54,785 nucleotides of DNA, from NCBI GenBank assembly GCA_964555775.1, contig CAZKTW010000002.1:1-54785 (forward strand). Reading direction: 5' to 3'. The position numbers and the translations under genes were made by a program. Below, piece after piece: positions 29,270 through 37,549 of the stretch (positions are counted from its first letter, which is position 1; each line of letters starts with the position of its first letter). Source of the DNA: an uncultured Bifidobacteriaceae bacterium. Its GTDB lineage: Bacteria; Verrucomicrobiota; Verrucomicrobiia; Limisphaerales; UBA11358. The notes beneath the pieces were generated by a model, which was given only the letters and a program-made list of their open reading frames with translations, was not told where the DNA came from and ran no database searches.

Positions 29270-29362
29270 GGAGCGCGGACAGCTTAGTCCGCACAAAACC
29301 GCATAAAGTTTGGTCACGCGGTTATAAAGATGTGAACACGCGGACAAGGCTGTCCGCGCTCC
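29270..29362. terminator. Nested hairpin/REP cluster in the convergent gap between the beta-helix gene and fbaB
   Basis: Perfect 14-nt outer inverted repeat ggagcgcggacagc (29270-83) / gctgtccgcgctcc (29349-62). Inner hairpins are gcggac-agctta-gtccgc and gcggaca-aggc-tgtccgc. Confidence 0.5.
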
Positions 29363-29395
29363 TGAACGAATCACCGGGAAACACCCGGAAATGGA

Positions 29396-30478
29396 TCACG
29401 CCACGGTGATTTCCTTGCTCAGATAAACGTCCTGGATGGCGTTGAGCAGGCCAATGCCTTCATTCATCGGACGCTGAAATGCCTTGCGACCGGAAATCAA
29501 GCCCATGCCGCCGGCCCGCTTGTTGATGACTGCGGTGGCAACGGCCTGTTCGAGATCGCCCTGGCCCTTGGATTCCCCACCGCTGTTGATCAGGCCGGCG
29601 CGGCCCATGTAACAATTCGCAACCTGGTAGCGGCAGAGGTCAATTGGATGATCACTGGTCAACTCGGTGTAAATCCGTTCATCGAGTTTGCCGTAGCTGG
29701 AACTGCCCGTGTTGAGCGCTTTGAAGCCGCCATTATTCTCGGGCAGCTTTTGCTTGATGATGTCCGCCTGGATGGTCACGCCCAGATGATTGGCCTGGCC
29801 AGTGAGGTCGGCGGAGACATGGTAGTCGGTGGTCTTGCCGTCTGCACCCTTGATCTTAAACGCGTTGTTGCGGAGGTAGCACCACAGCACGGTGGCCATT
29901 CCCAACTCGTGCGCGTGCGCAAACGCCTGCGCGACTTCCACAATCTGCCGTCCGCTGTTGTCGGAGCCGAAATAAATCGTGGCGCCGACCGCCGCGCAAC
30001 CCATGTCCGCTGCTTCTTTCAAGGTGCCAAACATGATTTGATCCGCCTTGTTCGGATACGTGAGCAGTTCGTTGTGGTTGATCTTCACCAGGAACGGAAT
30101 TTTATGCGCGTATTTGCGGGCAACCGCGCCCAGCACGCCGTAGGTGGATGCCACCGCATTGCAGCCGCCTTCGATGGCCAGCTTCACGATGTTCTCCGCG
30201 TCAAAATAATCCGGGTTCTTGGCAAAACTCGCGCCGGCGGAATGTTCAATGCCCTGGTCCACCGGCAGAATGGAAACGTAGCCGGTGCCGCCGAGCCGGC
30301 CATGGCCGAACAGGCGCTGCAGGTTGCCGAGCACGCGGTTGTTGCGGTCGGACACGGAAAAAATCCGGTCCACGAAGTCCGGCCCGGGCAGGTGCAGGCG
30401 GTCCTTCGAAATTTTCGCGTTTTTGAAATTGAGGAGAAAATCGGCCTTGTCGCCGAGCAATTGCGCAATTTGTGTCAT
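29396..30478 (-). CDS. fbaB: Class I fructose-bisphosphate aldolase (FbaB/DhnA type)
   Basis: Collinear with E. coli FbaB from 'MTQIAQLLG' through '[21 protein letters not shown]', '[11 protein letters not shown]', '[13 protein letters not shown]', '[17 protein letters not shown]' to 'ITVA'. Confidence 0.95.
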   Translation of the reverse strand: MTQIAQLLGDKADFLLNFKNAKISKDRLHLPGPDFVDRIFSVSDRNNRVLGNLQRLFGHGRLGGTGYVSILPVDQGIEHSAGASFAKNPDYFDAENIVKLAIEGGCNAVASTYGVLGAVARKYAHKIPFLVKINHNELLTYPNKADQIMFGTLKEAADMGCAAVGATIYFGSDNSGRQIVEVAQAFAHAHELGMATVLWCYLRNNAFKIKGADGKTTDYHVSADLTGQANHLGVTIQADIIKQKLPENNGGFKALNTGSSSYGKLDERIYTELTSDHPIDLCRYQVANCYMGRAGLINSGGESKGQGDLEQAVATAVINKRAGGMGLISGRKAFQRPMNEGIGLLNAIQDVYLSKEITVA

Positions 30479-30861
30479 AATCCAGTTTCTTTCATTTGAT
30501 GCCGTCGGGAAAACCCGCCGCGCGGAATTCGCGCTCAATAACCGGCGGGAAAACCATAGCAACACCCGGTCCACCGCGCCACAACCAATTCTGACTTTCC
30601 TCCCCATGAACCTCCTGTGCCCTGGCTCAAAGGTTCAAAGTGCAAAATTCCATTTCGGAGAATTCTCACCCTGTCTTGTCTTCCACGATCCGTTCAGAAC
30701 TCCGGAACAAGTCAGCCGCAACCTTGCCATGGTGCCGGCCCATGCCGCCGCTGTCGGCATCCCGGTCTGGAGGTGAAAATGCAGTTCAGCCTTCTGAAAT
30801 AATCGTGATTTTTTCAAATTCGTCTGCATAATCAGTCCGTCATTTCCATCAAATCTTATTT

Positions 30862-31845
30862 ATGAAAAACATCGTCATCGTTCTTCTGCTCGCCGCCACC
30901 CTTGGGTTGGCCGCATTCAGCTGGCATCAGAAAAACCAGCTCACGCAGTTGCAGACCCGCCTCGCCGCCGCCCAAAACCAGTTGCAGGAAAAGCCCGCCG
31001 CGAACGAACAAATCGCCCGCGCGGAACGGAAAGCGAAACTGTTGCAGGATGTCCTGGTGGACACCTCCAAGTTCGCCACCGAGAAATCGAAGCAGGCCGA
31101 ACAATTGCAGCAATCCCTGGCCGCCGCCAAAACCAACGACTCCAATCCGTTCGCGGGAATATTCAAAGACCCGAAGATGAAGGAAATGATCAAGTCGTCG
31201 CAAAAAGCCTTCATGGGGCCGATGATTGACAAGCAATATGCCGCACTGTTTCAACAACTCAATTTGACGCCGGAGCAATCCGCGACCATGAAGGATTTGC
31301 TCCAGAAGAAGATGCTCGCCGGCGCCGATGCCGGCATGTCCATGATGGACGGCAGCCTCGACGCCGCCCAGCGCGCGGACCTGGCGAAACAAATGAAAAG
31401 TGAAACCGACGATTATGACGCACAAATCAAACAATTCCTGGGCGATGAAAATTATCAGGCGTTCCAGGCTTATGAAAAAACGACGCCCGACCGCATGACC
31501 GTCAGCCAATTCAACGATCAACTTTCCGGCGGCGCGACCGCGCTGACCGCCGACCAGCAGCAGCAATTGGTGCAAATGATGAGCGAGGAACGAAACGGTT
31601 TCGCCTGGACCACCGATTACAACAATAAGAATCCGGCCAACGGCGATTTCGCCTCGATGTTCAGCGAAGACAAAATCAATCAGTTCGCCAAGGAGAAGGA
31701 ACGGCTCGACCAGCAGGTTTTCGACCACGCCCGGCAATTTTTGTCCGCGGATCAACTCACGGCTTTTCAGGCATTCCTGAAGTCGCAGCGCGAATTGCAG
31801 ATCGCCGGCATGCAAATGGCCGCCAAAATGTTCGCGCCAAAATAG
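30862..31845 (+). CDS. Secreted Gln-rich helical protein with LTxxQ-like motifs (Spy/CpxP-like?)
   Basis: Signal/anchor 'MKNIVIVLLLAATLGLAAF', then repeated 'LTPEQ', 'LTADQQQQL' and 'LSADQLTAFQAFL' motifs. Confidence 0.45.
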   Translation: MKNIVIVLLLAATLGLAAFSWHQKNQLTQLQTRLAAAQNQLQEKPAANEQIARAERKAKLLQDVLVDTSKFATEKSKQAEQLQQSLAAAKTNDSNPFAGIFKDPKMKEMIKSSQKAFMGPMIDKQYAALFQQLNLTPEQSATMKDLLQKKMLAGADAGMSMMDGSLDAAQRADLAKQMKSETDDYDAQIKQFLGDENYQAFQAYEKTTPDRMTVSQFNDQLSGGATALTADQQQQLVQMMSEERNGFAWTTDYNNKNPANGDFASMFSEDKINQFAKEKERLDQQVFDHARQFLSADQLTAFQAFLKSQRELQIAGMQMAAKMFAPK

Positions 31846-32004
31846 CGATGACCACCCCGGCGTGGTTTTGGCGTCAAGGCTGATGTCCGGTGATCATCGC
31901 GATCAGCCCGGCCAGGACCACTGTTGCCCTCAGCGGCCACGTTCCCTTCTCCAATGCTGATTCAAGAACTGGCATTAACCGCACACTGTGGTAAAAGGAA
32001 GAGG

Positions 32005-33051
32005 ATGAATTTTCCGCCCAAGTCACTGACGACCATGATTGCCGCAGCCGGGCTGGTGCTCTGCGCCAATGCAAATGCGGAAGCAGCCGATGAGGCCATC
32101 GACCCGGTTTTTGCGCCCGGGCTCGCCACCCTGAAGCAGGTCACCGGCACCATTGAAAGCCAGCCGGATCGGGCGCGCCCCGATTGGAGCCCTAATCTCC
32201 AGTTGTTGATCGGCGTCAAAGCCGTCGAGGCCACCAAACAAACGGTCGGCTTCGTGGAATTGGCGACCTTGTACACGCCGTCGACCAACGCCACGGGACA
32301 ACCCTGGAGCCCGGCCACGCAAACCAACACATTCTCCTGGTCCAACACCAACGGAGCGGTTCCGGTCAGCCATGAAGCCAGATACATTTCACACCTCTAT
32401 CCGGTACGCGTGCGCGTTTTCGACGAGACCGGCCGCAAGGTCAAGGAGGGGGAAACCACGCTGCCGTGGGGAGTGTTGACGAACGGACTGGCGGACATGT
32501 GCCGCCTCAGCCTGGAGCTTTCTGTCCACAAGAACCGGTCCGCCGCCGATGGGCCGGTGGGCAACAAATCCATCCGGGTAACCGCCGGTGAAAATCCCAC
32601 CCATCCTGAAGACCTTGACCGGCTCGCACAATCCCTGGGCGGCGGATTCATCTGGTTAATGACGATGTTGCAACAAATCCAGACCGAGCCGGCGGTGCAT
32701 GATCTCTGGAAAAAGGCCCATTGCGCCTTCCGCCTGCCGGAGTTGAAAACCATGGCTGTTAGCGTGGTTACGGGCGACTTTGCGCTTTCAGTGCAACCGC
32801 ACCTGGAGGAAGTATCCCGGACGGAACCCACGCCGGTAGGGAGGACCGCGCTGGAGCAGTATCGGCTCCCGGTTGATTTGTACAGTGGCACCCGCGACCT
32901 GACCCGGGCCGAGCTGGTCGTTGGCCCTGCCAGTGGAGCCGGGATGTTGTTGGGCGGTATCCGATCCATCCGGGCAACGCATCCGCTCAAACCGGAACAA
33001 CAGTTTTTTGTCCAAGTTCTCTCGACCGGCACGGTGCGTGGAGAGCCGTGA
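32005..33051 (+). CDS. Hypothetical secreted protein
   Basis: ATG 32005 is followed by the signal-like 'MNFPPKSLTTMIAAAGLVLCANANA'. I recognise no family. Confidence 0.45.
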   Translation: MNFPPKSLTTMIAAAGLVLCANANAEAADEAIDPVFAPGLATLKQVTGTIESQPDRARPDWSPNLQLLIGVKAVEATKQTVGFVELATLYTPSTNATGQPWSPATQTNTFSWSNTNGAVPVSHEARYISHLYPVRVRVFDETGRKVKEGETTLPWGVLTNGLADMCRLSLELSVHKNRSAADGPVGNKSIRVTAGENPTHPEDLDRLAQSLGGGFIWLMTMLQQIQTEPAVHDLWKKAHCAFRLPELKTMAVSVVTGDFALSVQPHLEEVSRTEPTPVGRTALEQYRLPVDLYSGTRDLTRAELVVGPASGAGMLLGGIRSIRATHPLKPEQQFFVQVLSTGTVRGEP

Positions 33052-33395
33052 GAGCTTGTCTGAAAACGTAGCGGCGGGCCTCCCGGCCTGCCATAGAGGG
33101 CGGCATCCTGCCGCCCGGAAAAAGCGCCGCCATGACCTTTGCATTACCCACAAGTCGAACCGGATTTCGGCAATCCCAAAGGGATTCACGGAATGCTGTC
33201 GGGAATTATGGGTAATGCAAAGGCCATGACGCCGGTGCTTGGGATTTCAAAGGCGCAAATGATTGTGAACGTTTTTTCCGCAGGCTGGAATCCCGCCTCT
33301 ACGTCAGCCAAGATGGATTTTAAAACCGTGTAAACGGCAGGGCGTGCCACTCCCGCACACGTCGTGGTCAATAACTATCGACCACAGATTACTGA

Positions 33396-33513
33396 CAGGG
33401 TCTTTTGCTTGGTGAGCGTGAGTTATTGGAATTCATGCTTTGGCATGTTTTCGGCCCAAAACAGCCTGAAGGCTGAACCCCAACAGGTTTCCCCGACAGA
33501 ACAAAAGACCCTG
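33396..33513. mobile_element. MITE-like element: 12-bp perfect terminal inverted repeats with a flanking ttactga duplication
   Basis: cagggtcttttg (33396-407) and caaaagaccctg (33502-513). ttactga lies at 33389-95 and at 33516-22. Confidence 0.4.
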
Positions 33514-33613
33514 GGTTACTGAATGCTGGCCTCTATTTCTCCTTGCCTCAAGTTTGCCTCCGCGCCATTTTTTCCACGGTCCGTCGCTGTTAACTGAACC
33601 CAAGGAGAACGAT

Positions 33614-34519
33614 ATGTCCATCAGACCCATCAAACGCCTGGTCAAGTCCAAGCCCACTCTCGAAGGCGCCGGCGTACACCTGCGCCGCGCATTCGGTTTT
33701 GGCAACACGTCTGACTTTGATCCTTTCCTCCTGCTGGATGATTTCCGCAACGACATTCCGGACGATTATCTGGCCGGTTTCCCATGGCATCCGCATCGCG
33801 GCATTGAAACCATCACCTACGTCCTCGCCGGGACGGTCGAGCACGCCGACAGCCTGGGCAACCATGGAGCCATTGCTCCCGGCGACCTCCAGTGGATGAC
33901 GGCCGGCCGCGGCATCATCCACCAGGAAATGCCCAAGGGCGATCCACTCGGCCGCATGCACGGGTTTCAATTGTGGGCCAACCTGCCGTCTTCGCTCAAA
34001 ATGACTGCGCCGCGCTATCAAGAGATCAAGGCCCTGGAAATTCCCGAAGTCACCGAAGACGACGGCACGCAGGCCCGGATCATTTGCGGCAGTTTCTGGG
34101 GCAAGCGCGGCCCGGTGGAAGGCATCGCCGCCGATCCGACCTACATTGACGTCACCGTGCCGCCCGGCAAACGCAAGCGGTTGCCCGTCGAGAAGACGCG
34201 CCATGCCTTCGCCTATGTGTTTTCCGGGAGCGGCAAGTTCTGCAACGCGTCCGCCCCGCTGGCGGTGCCGACCGAAAGCCTCGGCTGGGCCGACACTGCG
34301 CTGCCCACCGAGGCGGACAATCGCTCGCTCATCCTGTTCGATTCCGGCGACGACGTGGAAGTTCAGGCCGGGGAGGATGGCATCCGCTTCCTGCTGGTCT
34401 CCGGGAAACCGCTGCAGGAACCGGTGGCATGGTATGGCCCCATCGTGATGAACACCCAGGAACAACTTCAGCAAGCCTTCGAGGAACTGCAAAAAGGGAC
34501 GTTTCTGAAAAAAGCCTGA
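33614..34519 (+). CDS. Pirin-family (bicupin) protein
   Basis: 'GFPWHPHRGIETITYVLAGTVEHADSLGN', 'QWMTAGRGIIHQEMP' and 'HGFQLWANLP'. An AAGGAGA RBS precedes ATG 33614. Confidence 0.9.
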   Translation: MSIRPIKRLVKSKPTLEGAGVHLRRAFGFGNTSDFDPFLLLDDFRNDIPDDYLAGFPWHPHRGIETITYVLAGTVEHADSLGNHGAIAPGDLQWMTAGRGIIHQEMPKGDPLGRMHGFQLWANLPSSLKMTAPRYQEIKALEIPEVTEDDGTQARIICGSFWGKRGPVEGIAADPTYIDVTVPPGKRKRLPVEKTRHAFAYVFSGSGKFCNASAPLAVPTESLGWADTALPTEADNRSLILFDSGDDVEVQAGEDGIRFLLVSGKPLQEPVAWYGPIVMNTQEQLQQAFEELQKGTFLKKA

Positions 34520-34583
34520 ACTGGTGGACTTATAACAACAAAGATAAAAAGACGCGGAGGGTTTTACCTCTCCTTCCCGCCCG

Positions 34584-35558
34584 TCAAAGCTGATGAGTGA
34601 AAATTGGCGGTTCATTTTTCTTCCTGGGCAGGGAAAGCAAAGTGTAAACCGTTTCGTATATAATTACGGTGCCCCACGTGACCGCCATCCAGAGGATGGG
34701 TTCTTCGACCGGCAGACCGCAGAAGCCGTTGATCAACAATCCAAGCATTTGCCGGGGTTGAAAACCCCACCATTGATAGGGCACCGCAATGGTGGCTTCC
34801 CAAAACAGGCTCACGAACAGGATGAACAAAAATGCGAGGCTGAACGCGCGCCAGTTGATGAAACGGCCGGCCACCGGGAAAAAGACGATGCTCGGCGTGA
34901 TGGCGATTAAAGTAAGGAAGAGAAAATAGCCGGGAAAACCCTCGTGCCACGGATGCGGGCCGAATTTCTTGTAAAGCAGGCCCAGCCCGAAAACGATCAC
35001 CCCGAAAATGGCCGAGCCGGGATGAAAGGCAGCCAGTTCGCGCAACCGGACTTCCCGCCGCGGCCCATCGTCAACATTGTAGGCACCAAACCAGAATTCG
35101 TCGCCCCAGACGTAGGCCAGCAACACCGCCAGCACCCCAAACGAATAGAAACCGATTTCCTCGATCGGAATCGTCTTCTGCCAGCCGTTCGCGAAGGAAT
35201 ATCCCCAGAACGTCACCCCGAGCGTGGCCTCGCGGTTGGCGAAGGTGAAGAACGATAGGCCGAAGAAGATGTCCAGAGCCATGCCACACGCGGTGATGGC
35301 GGCGGCGCTGAACCAAAACGCGCTTTTCTGGACCGAAGTGTGTTTGCGCAACGACACCCACGCGGCCAGCACCAGCACGGGAATGATAAAGAGCGAAAGG
35401 CTCCACGTGTAACCCTGCGGGGTGGGATTGGCTTCCAGTGCGGTCACCAACGGCCGCGGCTCCTTGATCGTCATCAACGTCAGCGCGAACGGAGCGCCCA
35501 GCACCAGTATCATTCCCACCAGCACCTTGAAATCGGTGCGCGAAGCCTTGTCTTGCAT
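34584..35558 (-). CDS. Polytopic membrane protein with two lycopene-cyclase-domain-like motifs (CrtYc/Yd-like fusion)
   Basis: About 8 TM helices and two 'P(I/V)EE' motifs inside TM regions ('IPIEEIGFYSF', 'LPVEEPILWM'), as in heterodimeric-type lycopene cyclase domains. Confidence 0.45.
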   Translation of the reverse strand: MQDKASRTDFKVLVGMILVLGAPFALTLMTIKEPRPLVTALEANPTPQGYTWSLSLFIIPVLVLAAWVSLRKHTSVQKSAFWFSAAAITACGMALDIFFGLSFFTFANREATLGVTFWGYSFANGWQKTIPIEEIGFYSFGVLAVLLAYVWGDEFWFGAYNVDDGPRREVRLRELAAFHPGSAIFGVIVFGLGLLYKKFGPHPWHEGFPGYFLFLTLIAITPSIVFFPVAGRFINWRAFSLAFLFILFVSLFWEATIAVPYQWWGFQPRQMLGLLINGFCGLPVEEPILWMAVTWGTVIIYETVYTLLSLPRKKNEPPIFTHQL

Positions 35559-35682
35559 AATCGTTCCGGGCCTGTCCCCGCGCCCAAAATCCGGCGATTG
35601 CCGCCGGCTGTCGAGTTATTATTTGCCGGAAAATAAAATCATAAAGACAGACAGGATTTTAACCGCAGATGGACGCAGATAA

Positions 35683-36438
35683 TCACTTTACTGAGTTGAC
35701 GAGCGGCGTGAGGCCTTGGATCCGTACTTCCAACTTATCGCCGCTTTTGATGGGGCCGACGCCACTGGGCGTGCCGGTGAGAATCACGTCACCGGGCAGC
35801 AGCGTGAGGTTGGTGGAGATGAAGCTGACAAGTTCGGCGGGCTTGAAGATAAGCTGCTTGGTGTTCGAGTTCTGGCACAACTGGCCGTTCTGGAAAAGCT
35901 GGATGGCCAGTTCATTCGGATCAATCTTGGTCTCCACCAGCGGGCCGAGCGGCGTAAAAGTGTCGAAGGACTTGCAGCGCGCCCATTGCGACTCGGCCTT
36001 CTGGATGGTGCGGTCGCTGATGTCCTGCGACGCGGTGTAACCAAAAATATAGCGCGCTGCCTGCGTCGGCGAGACGTTGCGGATTTTGCGCCCGATGACG
36101 ATGGCCAGTTCGGCCTCGAAATCGGTGCGGTGTTCGCGAAAGGGGATTTCAATCTTCCCGCCGTCCGGCAAAAGCGACGTGGTGGCCTTGAACCAGATGA
36201 GCGGCTCCCTGGGCAGTTCGCGGCCCATTTCACGGACGTGATCGGCGTAATTCAGTCCCACCGCGATGATTTTGGACGGAACGACCGGGACCAGCGTCTT
36301 CACTCCCTTGCGCGGGGTGGCTTTGCGTTCGAAAGACGGCGAACCGAAGACGTCGCCGCGCAGCCGGAACAATTCGCCTTCGACAACTTTGGCATAAAAA
36401 ATCTCGTCGTCCTTTTGAAATCGGCCAATGGCTGCCAT
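35683..36438 (-). CDS. Fumarylacetoacetate hydrolase (FAH) family protein
   Basis: 'KIIAVGLNYADH', 'EAELAIVIGRK', 'GYTASQDISDR', 'KSFDTFTPLGP' and 'PGDVILTGTPSGVG'. Confidence 0.9.
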   Translation of the reverse strand: MAAIGRFQKDDEIFYAKVVEGELFRLRGDVFGSPSFERKATPRKGVKTLVPVVPSKIIAVGLNYADHVREMGRELPREPLIWFKATTSLLPDGGKIEIPFREHRTDFEAELAIVIGRKIRNVSPTQAARYIFGYTASQDISDRTIQKAESQWARCKSFDTFTPLGPLVETKIDPNELAIQLFQNGQLCQNSNTKQLIFKPAELVSFISTNLTLLPGDVILTGTPSGVGPIKSGDKLEVRIQGLTPLVNSVK

Positions 36439-36555
36439 ACAGTAGGATTTCAAACTAACAAGCTTTGTGCCGCCCTCGCAAGATTAAAGCCGTTTTGCAT
36501 GTGCGGATTCGCCGGAGTACAAGCGCATTGGCCGGCGGCTTATGGCGTTTCAGGC

Positions 36556-36583
36556 ACTTGCGGAGTCATGCTCCGCGCTCCGG
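36556..36583 (+). repeat. Dispersed repeat family C (acttgcggagtcatgctccgcgctccgg)
   Basis: Matches the reverse complement of 43887-43914 at 25 of 28 positions. It contains the hairpin gcggag..ctccgc. Confidence 0.75.
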
Positions 36584-36651
36584 CCGAACCACGCCGCAGC
36601 CTCCCATTAGTACGACTTGCCGAAGTCACCCTTTTCCGTTAGATTACTGCC

Positions 36652-36783
36652 GTGAATCGGCTGACCAAGCAGGAACAACTGGTTCTCTGTATTGTCTTGG
36701 GATTGCTGCTGACGGGCTGGGCGGTGAAATGGTATCGCACGAGCCATCCGGCCGCGGCAACCATCCGACTGGCGACACCTTAA
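36652..36783 (+). CDS. Possible 43-aa single-TM protein (not in the supplied ORF track)
   Basis: GTG 36652 gives 'VNRLTKQEQLVLCIVLGLLLTGWAVKWYRTSHPAAATIRLATP'. TAA 36781-36783 lies 1 nt before the next ATG. Confidence 0.3.
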   Translation: MNRLTKQEQLVLCIVLGLLLTGWAVKWYRTSHPAAATIRLATP

Positions 36784-36784
36784 A

Positions 36785-37204
36785 ATGCAAGAAATCAATT
36801 TTGACGAAGCGGTGGAATCCATTCTCGCCCGCGACCCGCGTTTCGCGCGCGAAGCCTACACCTTTGTCCGCGAAGCGCTCGATTTCACCCAAAAGCTCAT
36901 CGTCAGGGAAAACCGCGGCCAGATCCGCCATGTCAGCGGCCAGGAACTGCTCGACGGCATCCGCCAATTCGCCCTCCAGCAATTTGGCCCGATGGTGGTG
37001 ACGGTGCTGGAAGAATGGGGTGTCCGCCACTGCCGGGATTTTGGCGACATTGTTTTCAACATGGTGGAAGCCAGCCTGCTGGCCAAAACCGACCGGGACA
37101 GCCGTGACGATTTTCGCAACGGTTACAATTTCACCGACGCCTTCCGCAAACCGTTCTGGCCGTCGCACAAATCCACTCCCGAAACCAAGCCGGTGGTTGA
37201 ATAA
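36785..37204 (+). CDS. Conserved hypothetical protein (resembles the Planctomycetes/Verrucomicrobia-restricted Minf_1886-type family)
   Basis: 'ILARDPRFAREAYTFVREALDFT....HVSGQELLDGIRQFALQQFG' matches my recollection of that family. The family name is unverified. Confidence 0.5.
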   Translation: MQEINFDEAVESILARDPRFAREAYTFVREALDFTQKLIVRENRGQIRHVSGQELLDGIRQFALQQFGPMVVTVLEEWGVRHCRDFGDIVFNMVEASLLAKTDRDSRDDFRNGYNFTDAFRKPFWPSHKSTPETKPVVE

Positions 37205-37309
37205 GGCCGGTTTGGGCTGATTGGGCGGAGGCTTCCCTGAATCCTGCGTCCGTGCGCCCATCTGGCGGCAATTGAGGGCACGGTAGCGATGCCTTCCCGG
37301 ACGGGCGAA

Positions 37310-37344
37310 CTGGACACCCTCCTTGTCTGCGGCAGGGACATCGC
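37310..37344 (+). repeat. Dispersed repeat family D
   Basis: ctggacaccctccttgtctgcggcagggacatcgc. 32 of 34 aligned positions are identical to the reverse complement of 54136-54171. Confidence 0.75.
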
Positions 37345-37549
37345 GCTGCGATCTCCCCGCCCGCGGAGCAGTGGGCGGAACGAACGCCAATGAACGAACG
37401 GGGAATTGCGCCGCTGAACGCGGCGCGGACGGCGCAGCGCGCCATCCCTACCAAGGCCAGTGCCCGGGTGCGCCCTCCTGGAATTGGCCAACCGAATTGG
37501 GTTGCCCAAAACGAATTTCAGCCTATTTTTCCCCGTCTGATTTTATCTT

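Noticed and set aside
30856-31815. 319-aa minus-strand ORF
   Set aside because: It mirrors the plus-strand secreted protein. The plus-strand frame has a proper signal peptide and ATG 30862, while the minus frame is Leu/Gly/Arg-rich with no start context.
33139-33333. 64-aa ORF in the intergenic region upstream of pirin
   Set aside because: It is composed largely of REP-like sequence ('AGWNPAST' type translation). It has no RBS and an atypical composition.
33590-34615. 341-aa minus-strand ORF
   Set aside because: It is antisense to the pirin gene. It is a shadow ORF without motifs.
35716-36642. 308-aa plus-strand ORF
   Set aside because: It is antisense to the FAH-family gene, and its 3' part runs through an intergenic REP. 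It is not coding.
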